38,410 nt of DNA, from positions 1-38,410 of the IMG/VR virus record IMGVR_UViG_3300033076_001195. The stretch is one strand, 5' to 3'. Positions 1-8,226 of the stretch are shown one piece after another. Within the stretch, counting starts at the first letter, position 1, and the number at the start of each line of letters is the position of its first letter. The DNA is from a virus (Duplodnaviria; Caudoviricetes). Position numbers and translations under genes: made by a program. Below the pieces are notes generated by a model. The model worked only from the letters and a program-made list of their open reading frames with translations, searched no databases and had not been told where the DNA came from.

Positions 1-77
1 TGCGGAATATATTCAGCGGCTTTTTTTACAAATTCAGCACCCATTCCAAATGGTTGAGCAGGTTTTATTGGTTGTTG
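1..77. repeat. 77-bp exact repeat of 37732-37808 (circularisation or assembly-graph junction)
   Basis: Base-by-base identity 1-77 = 37732-37808, diverging at 78 vs 37809. 77 is a common assembler k-mer length. Confidence 0.95.
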
Positions 78-197
78 TTGTGGTTCAGGTTGTTGTTGAC
101 TATAAAATTCTTTTTTAATAACTGCCTCAATCTCATTATCGGGCATATCATCTGGAAACTCAATAATTTGATTGTCAACCTGTATTTGTTTAGGCAT
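1..197 (-). CDS. N-terminus (allele A) of the large ejection protein; continues through the junction into 37731-35913
   Basis: ATG at 197 overlaps the upstream stop (TAATG). Translates MPKQIQVDNQIIEFPDDMPDNEIEAVIKKEFYSQQQPEPQQQPIKPAQPFGMGAEFVKKAAEYIP, whose end is identical to the 35913-37976 protein. Confidence 0.85.
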   Translation of the reverse strand, partial: MPKQIQVDNQIIEFPDDMPDNEIEAVIKKEFYSQQQPEPQQQPIKPAQPFGMGAEFVKKAAEYIP

Positions 198-1300
198 TAT
201 TCAATCCTCCCAGTTTGTGGATTATATCTTTTAATTATTGTTGATTTTTGTTGTGGAACTGAAGATGGTCTTTGATAACCTTGACCAGCTCTATTAATTG
301 CTCTAGTTTTAGCTTTAGCCATTATTTCTCTTAAAGTTTTAATATTTTTAACTAAATCTTTTTCGCTGGTAGTGCTATTAATAGCAGATAATGCTTTTGT
401 AGCGGCTTCACCTTCTTTTTCAGATATTTGACCTCCGCCTTTAAGTCCTTCAAATGCTTGTAAAAATTGTTGACCTTTAACTTGGTCTAATAATGCTTTT
501 GCACCTGCAGCGTTAGTTCCTTGAATTGGTTCCTTTTTACCAACATAAGATAGAATAGCACCGCCTCCCTTAGCTCCTGTAATATCTGTTAAGCCGGGGT
601 GAGTTTCTAGTAGTTTTAATGTTGTATCTATTGAATCAGCCTGTGAAATTATATTTTTTGCTTTTTCTTGTGATTCTACATCTGTTTTAGCAGCTTCACT
701 TTGGAAAGTTGAAGCTCCAGCAATTGCAGGTTTGTAATTTAAATCACTAACATTTTTAGCGGTTTGCTCCATTCCTGTTTTTTGTGCTCCAGCTTGTCCA
801 TAACCCCTTAATGTATCGATACTTCCTGTTTCTCTAACAATACCACCTTCCCCAGCAATATTTCTTTTAAGTCCTAAATATTGTGCTTGTTGTTCAGGAG
901 AAAGATTTTTATAATATTCATATTCTCTTTGTGATGCAGGGGCTTGATAACCATAACCTCTCATCATATCAGGCAACAACTTTTGCATATAATAAGCTTG
1001 CTTAGTCTCAGGTGTTAATTGTTCAGCTATTCCAGCTAAATCAGTATCGCCTTTTTCCATAGCAAAATCACTAAACTTTTGATTATCTTCGGCTTCTATT
1101 TGTGCTATTTGTTGTCTTTGTTTGTACGCTGTATAAGCTCCAATACCTGCAGTTAAACCTTGGGCAATTGCTCCAAAGCCACCAGCATATCCACCGCCAA
1201 AGTTTTGAGGATTTTGTGCAAATTGTTGAACTTGTTGACTTTGTGCCAAGGCATTTTCTAATAGTTGCCTTTTTGTTGGCTTACCAAATGTGCTAATCAT
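197..1300 (-). CDS. Internal virion / DNA-ejection protein (allele A)
   Basis: Gln/Ala/Gly-rich helical protein with a GGFGAIAQGLTAGIGAY segment, downstream of tail genes; C-terminus KRYNPQTGRIE. Confidence 0.65.
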   Translation of the reverse strand: MISTFGKPTKRQLLENALAQSQQVQQFAQNPQNFGGGYAGGFGAIAQGLTAGIGAYTAYKQRQQIAQIEAEDNQKFSDFAMEKGDTDLAGIAEQLTPETKQAYYMQKLLPDMMRGYGYQAPASQREYEYYKNLSPEQQAQYLGLKRNIAGEGGIVRETGSIDTLRGYGQAGAQKTGMEQTAKNVSDLNYKPAIAGASTFQSEAAKTDVESQEKAKNIISQADSIDTTLKLLETHPGLTDITGAKGGGAILSYVGKKEPIQGTNAAGAKALLDQVKGQQFLQAFEGLKGGGQISEKEGEAATKALSAINSTTSEKDLVKNIKTLREIMAKAKTRAINRAGQGYQRPSSVPQQKSTIIKRYNPQTGRIE

Positions 1301-1301
1301 G

Positions 1302-2342
1302 TTAAACTCTCCTAAATTCTATGCCAATTTGAGAATAGTCAACCATTTTATAACCCTCTGGACTAATACTGACGGCTTGTGGATAGGTTTTTTCTACATC
1401 TTGAGCCATGACACCCTCAAAGCGTCCGTCTCCATGGTTTTTATTTATATATTCAAAAGTATAAATAGGCAAGTTATTTTTAAATTTATTTTCAAATTGA
1501 ATATTAGTTTTTAATGCAATATCGGAAAAAGCTGCTCCTATTCCTCCAATAGCACTTCCTGCAGCTTGCCACATAGCAGCATTTTGCATAGCTTGATTAT
1601 TTCTTATTCCTATTGCCTCTTGTGATTGACGATTTAATTTTGCTTGTTCAGCACCCATAATGTCTAATCCTTGGTATCCAGATTGTGTTTGTCCAAAATT
1701 TGCACCAGCTCCAACTTGACTTCTACCAAGCAAAGATGATATTTCATTAAATCTTGCAGACCTTTGGGCTTCAGCAGTTTGAATTCCTGCAATTTGGCTT
1801 TGTAAGGATAATTGATTTAATTGGCTTCCTTGTTGTTGTTCTAGTCTATTCATAGCGGAGTTATAAGCTTCACTGTTAATAGGAATACCTTGATTTGCTA
1901 ATTGAGTTGCTAAAGCTTCTCTTTGGCTTTTCATTTCAGGGTCTAATTGTTGTTTTCCCAATTGAAATGTTGCGTTTCTTACAGCTTCATTATCGGTTGA
2001 AGGTAAATTACCTGATAATCCTCTTGAAAGCTCCATTGCTAATCTTTCTTGGTCTAATCTCTGATTTTTAGTAAAATCAGACTCATTTAATCTTACTGTA
2101 TTAGTAAAAGGATCATAAGTTCTACCGCCTTGTGGTGTAATAATATTAGGATTATTTATTAGTAAATCTTTTTTTTCTGCACTCGATAAACTGCCCCATA
2201 TATTGTTAGTATCGACATTAGGATCTTGAGTAAAAGATGGAGAAACACGCCTTTTATTCAAAGCTTTATTTGCAATAGCCCCTCCAATTATTCCTCCAAC
2301 AGCAAAACCACCAATTTTTTTTAAACTTTTTTTCCAACCCAT
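1302..2342 (-). CDS. Ejection-type virion protein with C-terminal intramolecular chaperone (peptidase S74-like) domain
   Basis: N-terminal GGFAVGGIIGGA, Gln-rich middle, C-terminal FSDIALKTNI...IYTFEY...GVMAQDVEK..PQAV...GYKMVDY. Confidence 0.7.
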   Translation of the reverse strand: MGWKKSLKKIGGFAVGGIIGGAIANKALNKRRVSPSFTQDPNVDTNNIWGSLSSAEKKDLLINNPNIITPQGGRTYDPFTNTVRLNESDFTKNQRLDQERLAMELSRGLSGNLPSTDNEAVRNATFQLGKQQLDPEMKSQREALATQLANQGIPINSEAYNSAMNRLEQQQGSQLNQLSLQSQIAGIQTAEAQRSARFNEISSLLGRSQVGAGANFGQTQSGYQGLDIMGAEQAKLNRQSQEAIGIRNNQAMQNAAMWQAAGSAIGGIGAAFSDIALKTNIQFENKFKNNLPIYTFEYINKNHGDGRFEGVMAQDVEKTYPQAVSISPEGYKMVDYSQIGIEFRRV

Positions 2343-2348
2343 ATAATT

Positions 2349-3872
2349 TTATAATATATTGTTAACATTTACGCTATAGTCAGTTCGATACCAACTCAGC
2401 TGTTGTCCTTTTAAATTAGCTTCAATCCTCATAGACACATCTACACCTTGTCCAGACGAATAAATTAATTTGTTTTGTGTTTGATTTTCAGAACTCCATT
2501 CAGCTATATCCCATTCTGCTACATCCCATTCAGAACCAATTGCTTCTATTGAATTTGATTGTTGTGAAGAGTTTTTTGCATAATCAAAATTAACTATTGT
2601 GTTAATTGTCGCACTTCCATCAACTCTAAAAGTATTTCTATATCCATTAACAATTTTTTCTGCTGGTGAGCCTAAATTATTATAAGCACTTTGAGCTTTG
2701 CAAACGATATAAGAGCCATTATCTTCTAAACCATTATCAGCCTTATAAACTTTACCATTGCCTCCAAAATAAAGGTCTTCGTTATAAACGCCCCAAGTAA
2801 TAGCATTTAATCCAGTAAATTTAAATCCTGCACCTGTAATTGTGTTAAATCCGTATTGCTCATAGGTTTGATTGGTAGCTACTGGAACATTAAAAAATAA
2901 CAATGCTTTTTTTGGATATGATATAACTTCCCAACCATAATTAGAACTATAATTTCTAGTAGCTAATTGAACTGCTCCGCTAAGTTTGGTATTTTGTGTT
3001 TGTTGTCCTTCATTGCCAAGAGCGGTTGAAAATAAAATAAAATCTTGATTTGTAATTATAGCAACATCGCCAGCAACTTTAACAGTTGAGCGAATACTCA
3101 TAGGCTTTCCTATCCTATAAACGCCAACTAATGCCCAATTAGAAAGTTTAGAGGGGTCATCACCTTCGTAAACAATTGCATATCCATTAGACATAATAAA
3201 CGCACTATAATCGTCAACTCCCGCACCACCATCTCTAGTAATTGTTATCATTTTTAATAAATTGCCACCTTCAGGGCAAACATAAGATAAATCAAATTTT
3301 GTAAATGTTCCGGCAATAGCATTTACTGCTCCGTGCCAAAAATAAGGGTAATTTGTATCCCAAACATAAACAGTATTTTTAAATATGTTAATTCCGTTAA
3401 GTGCCGAGGCTGTTCCTCCTGTTGGATTAATTGCATTACTTGTAATTGTCGAACCATCATATTTAATAGGGCTATCTTGCCCATTAACCATTAGTGTATA
3501 ACCATTGAAAGCTACATATTGCCATTTATCGGTTAAATATCCTGAGCCTAATTCAACAACACTTGAAGGATTTGTAATATTACTTATCTTTCCATTGTGG
3601 CAAGCTAAAAATTTTCTATTTCCTGCGGAAAAATGCTCTATTAATGTTTGAACATATCCTGTAATTGAACAATATTCAGTAAATCCATTTCTTGAACGAA
3701 CGGCACCTTGGTCAGGTATCATATTTTCTAAAACAATAGCATCAGTTTTTTCCATGTTGCTTTCAGAATCACGGGTATTTAAACCGCCAAATGGTGCTTC
3801 TATATTTACACGCATAGCTTGCCCGTTTCTTTCTGCAAAAACTGCTTGTGATGGTCTATCGTCGTATCTCAT
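2349..3872 (-). CDS. Tail nozzle / DNA stabilisation protein (P22 gp10 or tail tubular B-like)
   Basis: 507 aa, beta-rich, N-terminal APFGGLN motif, C-terminal WDxAxWD repeats; follows the adaptor. Confidence 0.7.
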   Translation of the reverse strand: MRYDDRPSQAVFAERNGQAMRVNIEAPFGGLNTRDSESNMEKTDAIVLENMIPDQGAVRSRNGFTEYCSITGYVQTLIEHFSAGNRKFLACHNGKISNITNPSSVVELGSGYLTDKWQYVAFNGYTLMVNGQDSPIKYDGSTITSNAINPTGGTASALNGINIFKNTVYVWDTNYPYFWHGAVNAIAGTFTKFDLSYVCPEGGNLLKMITITRDGGAGVDDYSAFIMSNGYAIVYEGDDPSKLSNWALVGVYRIGKPMSIRSTVKVAGDVAIITNQDFILFSTALGNEGQQTQNTKLSGAVQLATRNYSSNYGWEVISYPKKALLFFNVPVATNQTYEQYGFNTITGAGFKFTGLNAITWGVYNEDLYFGGNGKVYKADNGLEDNGSYIVCKAQSAYNNLGSPAEKIVNGYRNTFRVDGSATINTIVNFDYAKNSSQQSNSIEAIGSEWDVAEWDIAEWSSENQTQNKLIYSSGQGVDVSMRIEANLKGQQLSWYRTDYSVNVNNIL

Positions 3873-4573
3873 TATACATTAATAGGTTTATATGCACTAA
3901 TCATAGAATTATAAATTTCTATAATTGGTTTTGCTGTTATTGTTCCCCTTGAGCCATTAGCCTTTATTCTTTCGGCAATCGCTTTTTCTGCCATGTTTTT
4001 TTCCTCAGCATAAGATCTTCCATTATTTTTCAACCATCTCCAAGTTGTGTCTAATCTAACTAAATATTCATCAATTACAGTATTATCGGTATCGGCTAAA
4101 AATTCTGATTGGGCGACATTAGAAGCACTTTTAACAATGTTTTTTGTTATATATTCATAAACATAGCTTTCTACTACTGAAGGCGTTCTATGTATAATTA
4201 TTTGATTTTCTCTTATTCTAAAATACTCAACTGTTTCTGCCTGTGTTAAAAGTGAGTTTTTAAGCACTCTCCAGCTTTCTGAAGTTAATCCACCAATCAT
4301 TGCCCAATTCTGACTAGCATTCCAAAAAGTATTATCAACCATTCTATCAAAATCAGATGGTAAATCATAGCCAGCTTGCCCAATAACACTAGAAAAGGTA
4401 TATTCTTTTTGTAATTCTTGCCATTGGTAATTTCTGGCTAAATCGGTAATGCTTGTTTTAATTGCTTGAAATATTTGTTTTGCTACATCATCATTATTCC
4501 CAATAATAGTAGCGGGAATAGATGATGATTTAGTTTCTCTTAATATATCTTGGCAAACAGTCAATAAAGTCAT
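3872..4573 (-). CDS. Head-tail adaptor / tail tubular A-like protein
   Basis: MTLLTVCQ start, WQELQKE and YDLPSDFDRM motifs; position after capsid genes. Confidence 0.7.
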   Translation of the reverse strand: MTLLTVCQDILRETKSSSIPATIIGNNDDVAKQIFQAIKTSITDLARNYQWQELQKEYTFSSVIGQAGYDLPSDFDRMVDNTFWNASQNWAMIGGLTSESWRVLKNSLLTQAETVEYFRIRENQIIIHRTPSVVESYVYEYITKNIVKSASNVAQSEFLADTDNTVIDEYLVRLDTTWRWLKNNGRSYAEEKNMAEKAIAERIKANGSRGTITAKPIIEIYNSMISAYKPINV

Positions 4574-4574
4574 T

Positions 4575-5036
4575 TTACTCTAAATTTTCTGATTTAATAT
4601 TTGAAGCTTTAGATTCTTTAGCTTCTTTTTTTTCATTTTGTTTTTTTAATTTTTCGAGTTCAGTTTTTAATTTTTTTATTTCTTGTTCGCTTTCATCAAA
4701 TTTAGCACTTTCTTTTTCTTTATTTTCTTTTCTAGCTAAATAAATTGCATAAGCATTTTTATAATATTCTGTATAGCTAAATCGTTTAATTGCTCCTTGT
4801 GGGCTTCTTACGGCGATATTGCTTCCTTCTACTTTTTTACATAAAACAGAATATGGGTCTTCTTTATTATAGATTTCTACATATAAATCATAAATAGGTT
4901 TGCCATTTTCGTCCAAGACATCAATTGTTTGCAAATCTTCGTCAGTATATTGTTTTTTCTTGTCAAAAAATTGAACAAAAAGCCTATCCTTTTCTTCTTT
5001 TCTATATGAATTGATTGGTTCTATAATATTTGTCAT
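4575..5036 (-). CDS. Hypothetical protein with C-terminal coiled coil
   Basis: 153-aa ORF tightly coupled in the structural operon. Confidence 0.6.
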   Translation of the reverse strand: MTNIIEPINSYRKEEKDRLFVQFFDKKKQYTDEDLQTIDVLDENGKPIYDLYVEIYNKEDPYSVLCKKVEGSNIAVRSPQGAIKRFSYTEYYKNAYAIYLARKENKEKESAKFDESEQEIKKLKTELEKLKKQNEKKEAKESKASNIKSENLE

Positions 5037-5056
5037 AATTGTTTTATTTTTAGATT

Positions 5057-5083
5057 AAAAGAGAGGGAGATTTTCTCCCTCTC
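5057..5083 (-). terminator. Rho-independent terminator after the capsid/decoration genes
   Basis: Perfect 10-bp stem GAGAGGGAGA/TCTCCCTCTC (5061-5083) followed by TTTT on the minus strand. Confidence 0.75.
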
Positions 5084-5097
5084 CGAATTTAGTTTAA

Positions 5098-5601
5098 CTA
5101 AGCGGCTAAACCATCATCAACAAATGGTCTATCAATTTCAAACTCAGCTAAGCCAGTTGAAGGAGTTCCAACCGCAGAAGCACCTTTTGCGTTTTTAACT
5201 CTATCACCAGCAACAACTGCATCATCTACCGAGCCAGCTGTGGCAGTAGAATAAACATTTGCATTATCAACAAAGCCTGTAAGAGCTTTTCCGACTGCTT
5301 TACCTTTTATTTGATACCAACCATAATTATCGGCAACACAAGCAGACATTGCAACTGCAACTGAGCCAATATCATTAGCGGCTAAAAGGCTTGTTGAAAA
5401 GTCATCAGGCGAATAAAGCACCCAAGAACCAACAGCAGTTGAAGCAACACCTTTTAAATAAATAAATTCACCTGCACCATAATTGGTAGTGTCTTTATCT
5501 TCGGCACGGATAATTTTGCCAAGAGAGTGATTTTTGGTAGTTGATGTCTCGTCAATTTTTTGAACGATAATATCAGCTTCCATATTTGAAAAATTAGACA
5601 T
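5098..5601 (-). CDS. Capsid decoration / cement protein
   Basis: Small Ala/Gly/Val-rich protein directly after the MCP, with YGWYQIKG motif and AGGAG SD. Confidence 0.6.
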   Translation of the reverse strand: MSNFSNMEADIIVQKIDETSTTKNHSLGKIIRAEDKDTTNYGAGEFIYLKGVASTAVGSWVLYSPDDFSTSLLAANDIGSVAVAMSACVADNYGWYQIKGKAVGKALTGFVDNANVYSTATAGSVDDAVVAGDRVKNAKGASAVGTPSTGLAEFEIDRPFVDDGLAA

Positions 5602-5623
5602 ATTTTATTTCTCCTTTTAAATT

Positions 5624-6592
5624 TTAGTTTTTAGCAACACCATGAACTCTAGCAGAGCTAATAGTCAAGTTTCCATACAAATAAACAGGAGTAATATAAT
5701 ACAACTGGTTAATTGGTCTTTGCGTTTCACCTTTAGTAAATAATGGATTATTTAAATGTTGGAATTTAACATAATCAGTATTTAAGAAATACATGTGATT
5801 TGCTGGACAGTTCGGGTCATAAACAACGGCAGATGATTTATAAGCTAATTGTTCAAAACCTAATTTACCTTCACCAGTAGTTGTAATTCTTTGGATTTGT
5901 TGCAAAGAATTTTCAAAGAATGAAAAATAGTTAGCATCAGCAAGAATCAAATCAGGAAAAGAACCTTCTTGAACTTGGCAATCTAAATAAAGTTTATTCA
6001 TACCAGCTTGAATGTTAGATGCAGAAGCATTGCTTCCACCTGTTGCAGTGGTAAAATCATAAACTTGGTTTCTCCAGAATGAATTGGTTGAGCGGTCTAT
6101 TCCACCTACTGTTCCAGTTGTTGGGTCATCAGCAATTAAAAGTTGTAAACCACCAATGGTAAGTCCACCAGAACCTGTTCCATCAGAGAATAAAGCAGAA
6201 CCTAATTGGTTTCTTAAAGAATCCATTAAGTTTTTTCTTTTACCTTCTAATAGATTAAAAATTCTTGCATCACCTGCGTTTTGCAATAATTCTTTTTCAG
6301 AAATTTGGTCAGTTCCTGTAAGCATTTTTTGGGCAAAAAGTGCAGAAGTGAACTCATCTTGAGGAGTTGTATTTAAAAGGTCAGTTGGATTTTGGAATTG
6401 AACTGTAGAATTACTTGCATAAGCAATGTTTTCTTGAAAGTTTCTTCCACCTTCTTCGTAAACAATTTTACCTTTGTTTTGCAAAGCTTTAAGCAATGCG
6501 TTATTTCCGATTACAGATGATGTAACCGAGTTTTTCATAAATTTATCTAAAGTAGATGAAATTAATGAACTATAATTTGAATTTCCAGCCAT
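5624..6592 (-). CDS. Major capsid protein
   Basis: 322 aa after the scaffold; LFSDGTG..G..I.GL, GTVGGIDRST..FWRNQ and GNLTISSARVHG motifs typical of podophage HK97-fold capsids. Confidence 0.85.
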   Translation of the reverse strand: MAGNSNYSSLISSTLDKFMKNSVTSSVIGNNALLKALQNKGKIVYEEGGRNFQENIAYASNSTVQFQNPTDLLNTTPQDEFTSALFAQKMLTGTDQISEKELLQNAGDARIFNLLEGKRKNLMDSLRNQLGSALFSDGTGSGGLTIGGLQLLIADDPTTGTVGGIDRSTNSFWRNQVYDFTTATGGSNASASNIQAGMNKLYLDCQVQEGSFPDLILADANYFSFFENSLQQIQRITTTGEGKLGFEQLAYKSSAVVYDPNCPANHMYFLNTDYVKFQHLNNPLFTKGETQRPINQLYYITPVYLYGNLTISSARVHGVAKN

Positions 6593-6613
6593 ATAAGTAT
6601 ATAAATTATACTC

Positions 6614-7546
6614 TTATCTATATTTACGAATTAATGCAAGTTGTTCTTCTTGGTAAGTCATTGGTTTATTGCCATTAGCCACAGGTTTAGAAATTTTTTG
6701 TTGCCTCTTGGCTTCATCAAATTTTTCCTTTTTTTGCTCATTCATTTCTTTTAAGATTTTAGCCTTGATTTTATCTTCATAATCAGGTTGCAATCTTTCA
6801 ATTTTTTTATAAGCCGTTTCTAATGCTTTTTTCCGGACTTTTATTGGATAATAATCTTGAACACCAATTTTTGATAGTTCTTGATTGTATAAATTAACAA
6901 ATTCTTGTTGATATTCAACAATTAAATCTTCGCTAACTGATGTATCTTCTAAAAATTCCGCCAATAATTCTTTAGCTTCCCTCTTGTTTACTTCGTTTTG
7001 TAATAGTTGATAAGAATTTTGTTGTATGTTTCTTGCTTCTCGTTTGATTTGCTCTTCTGGAGTGAGATATAACTCATCTTCGTAAACAGCTTCATCATCT
7101 ACGACTTGTTTTAAGTCAAAATTGACTCGTTTTGCTAAAGCTTTGAAAGTTTCGGCAGGATTACTTTCTAAATTTTTTAGTAATCCGCTTACATTATCAA
7201 GCTCTTTTTTAGTATTGCCAAGTTGTAAATGTAGCCTGTCTTCTCGTGCACGCTGTTCTTTGGCAATCTTAATTGCTTTTTCCCTGTCTTCAGGGTCTTT
7301 AAATGTTTTGACAGCTTCAACCAAATCTTTCGGCAAACCTGATAATTCCTTTTCTATATCAATGGTTGCTTCTTTTTGGCTTCCGCTCTCTTTATTTTCG
7401 GTTTCTTCTTCTTGTGGTGATTCTTCGATATTTTCGGTTTCTACTATTTCATTTTCGCTTTCTTCAACAGCTTCTTGCTCTTGAGATTCGCTATTTTGCT
7501 TAATTAAATCAAGCATTTCGTTTTTGTAGTCTTCGTTAATATCCAT
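6614..7546 (-). CDS. Capsid scaffolding protein
   Basis: Highly acidic N-terminus, coiled coil, immediately upstream of the MCP. Confidence 0.7.
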   Translation of the reverse strand: MDINEDYKNEMLDLIKQNSESQEQEAVEESENEIVETENIEESPQEEETENKESGSQKEATIDIEKELSGLPKDLVEAVKTFKDPEDREKAIKIAKEQRAREDRLHLQLGNTKKELDNVSGLLKNLESNPAETFKALAKRVNFDLKQVVDDEAVYEDELYLTPEEQIKREARNIQQNSYQLLQNEVNKREAKELLAEFLEDTSVSEDLIVEYQQEFVNLYNQELSKIGVQDYYPIKVRKKALETAYKKIERLQPDYEDKIKAKILKEMNEQKKEKFDEAKRQQKISKPVANGNKPMTYQEEQLALIRKYR

Positions 7547-7585
7547 AATAAAATAATTGGTTAATAATAATTGTCAAATAATATT

Positions 7586-7813
7586 TTAGTAATCTTTTAT
7601 ATGTTGTCCTTTTTGCTTCAAAGCATCAAGGTAAGAGTTTTTAGTAGTGTAATGCTTTCCGTCTCCATGATTATAAATAGAGCCGTATTTTTTAATATAA
7701 CTATCAAGACTTAAATCCTCTTTAAGTCCTTCTGATAACTTGCTTACTGGTCTTACTTCTATTTCAACCCAATGTGCTTCGCCGTCAATGTATGTTAAGC
7801 GTTTTGTAGTCAT
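7586..7813 (-). CDS. Small conserved phage protein
   Basis: 75 aa, DGKHYTTKNSY...LKQKG motif; between portal and scaffold. Confidence 0.55.
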   Translation of the reverse strand: MTTKRLTYIDGEAHWVEIEVRPVSKLSEGLKEDLSLDSYIKKYGSIYNHGDGKHYTTKNSYLDALKQKGQHIKDY

Positions 7814-8080
7814 TTAACAATCCCATTTTTTTAAAGCTAAACCTTTTCGAGTTGGTTTACCATTTTTAGATGTTGGACCAGGGACTCCTGACATTCTAGC
7901 ACAAAAAGATTTTCTACGAGCGGCAGAAGCAGGGCTTTTTTGTGCCTGCTCTCTACTCACTGGTGGTTTTAAATTGCTTCCAGTAGCGTTATTATATTTT
8001 TCTCTACCTTTAGCGGTGAGTCCTCCTGTTTTTGACTTCTCACCACGCCCGATACTTAAATTAACTGTTTTTTTTGTCAT
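7814..8080 (-). CDS. Basic conserved phage protein (DUF6321-like)
   Basis: GGLTAKGR..YN..TGSNLKPP, RRKSFCARMSG, ALKKWDC motifs. Confidence 0.65.
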   Translation of the reverse strand: MTKKTVNLSIGRGEKSKTGGLTAKGREKYNNATGSNLKPPVSREQAQKSPASAARRKSFCARMSGVPGPTSKNGKPTRKGLALKKWDC

Positions 8081-8225
8081 TTTTAGCAGTTTTTTTAGCT
8101 TCTTTAAAATTCTTAGCGGTAGGAGCTCCTTTTGTCCCTACTTTTCTCATTTTCTCGCCCGAGCCAGCTTCAATTCTTGCTCTTTTAGCGTGAATATTTG
8201 CGTATAAACCTTTTTTTAATGGCAT
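8061..8225 (-). CDS. Small basic conserved phage protein
   Basis: MPLKKGLYANIHAKRARIEAGSGEKMRKVGTKGAPTAKNF; start at 8225 abuts the portal stop. Confidence 0.65.
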   Translation of the reverse strand: MPLKKGLYANIHAKRARIEAGSGEKMRKVGTKGAPTAKNFKEAKKTAKNDKKNS

Positions 8226-8226
8226 A

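Noticed and set aside
1-77. Biological direct terminal repeat or att site
   Set aside because: The second copy is internal, lies mid-gene, and its length matches an assembler k-mer.
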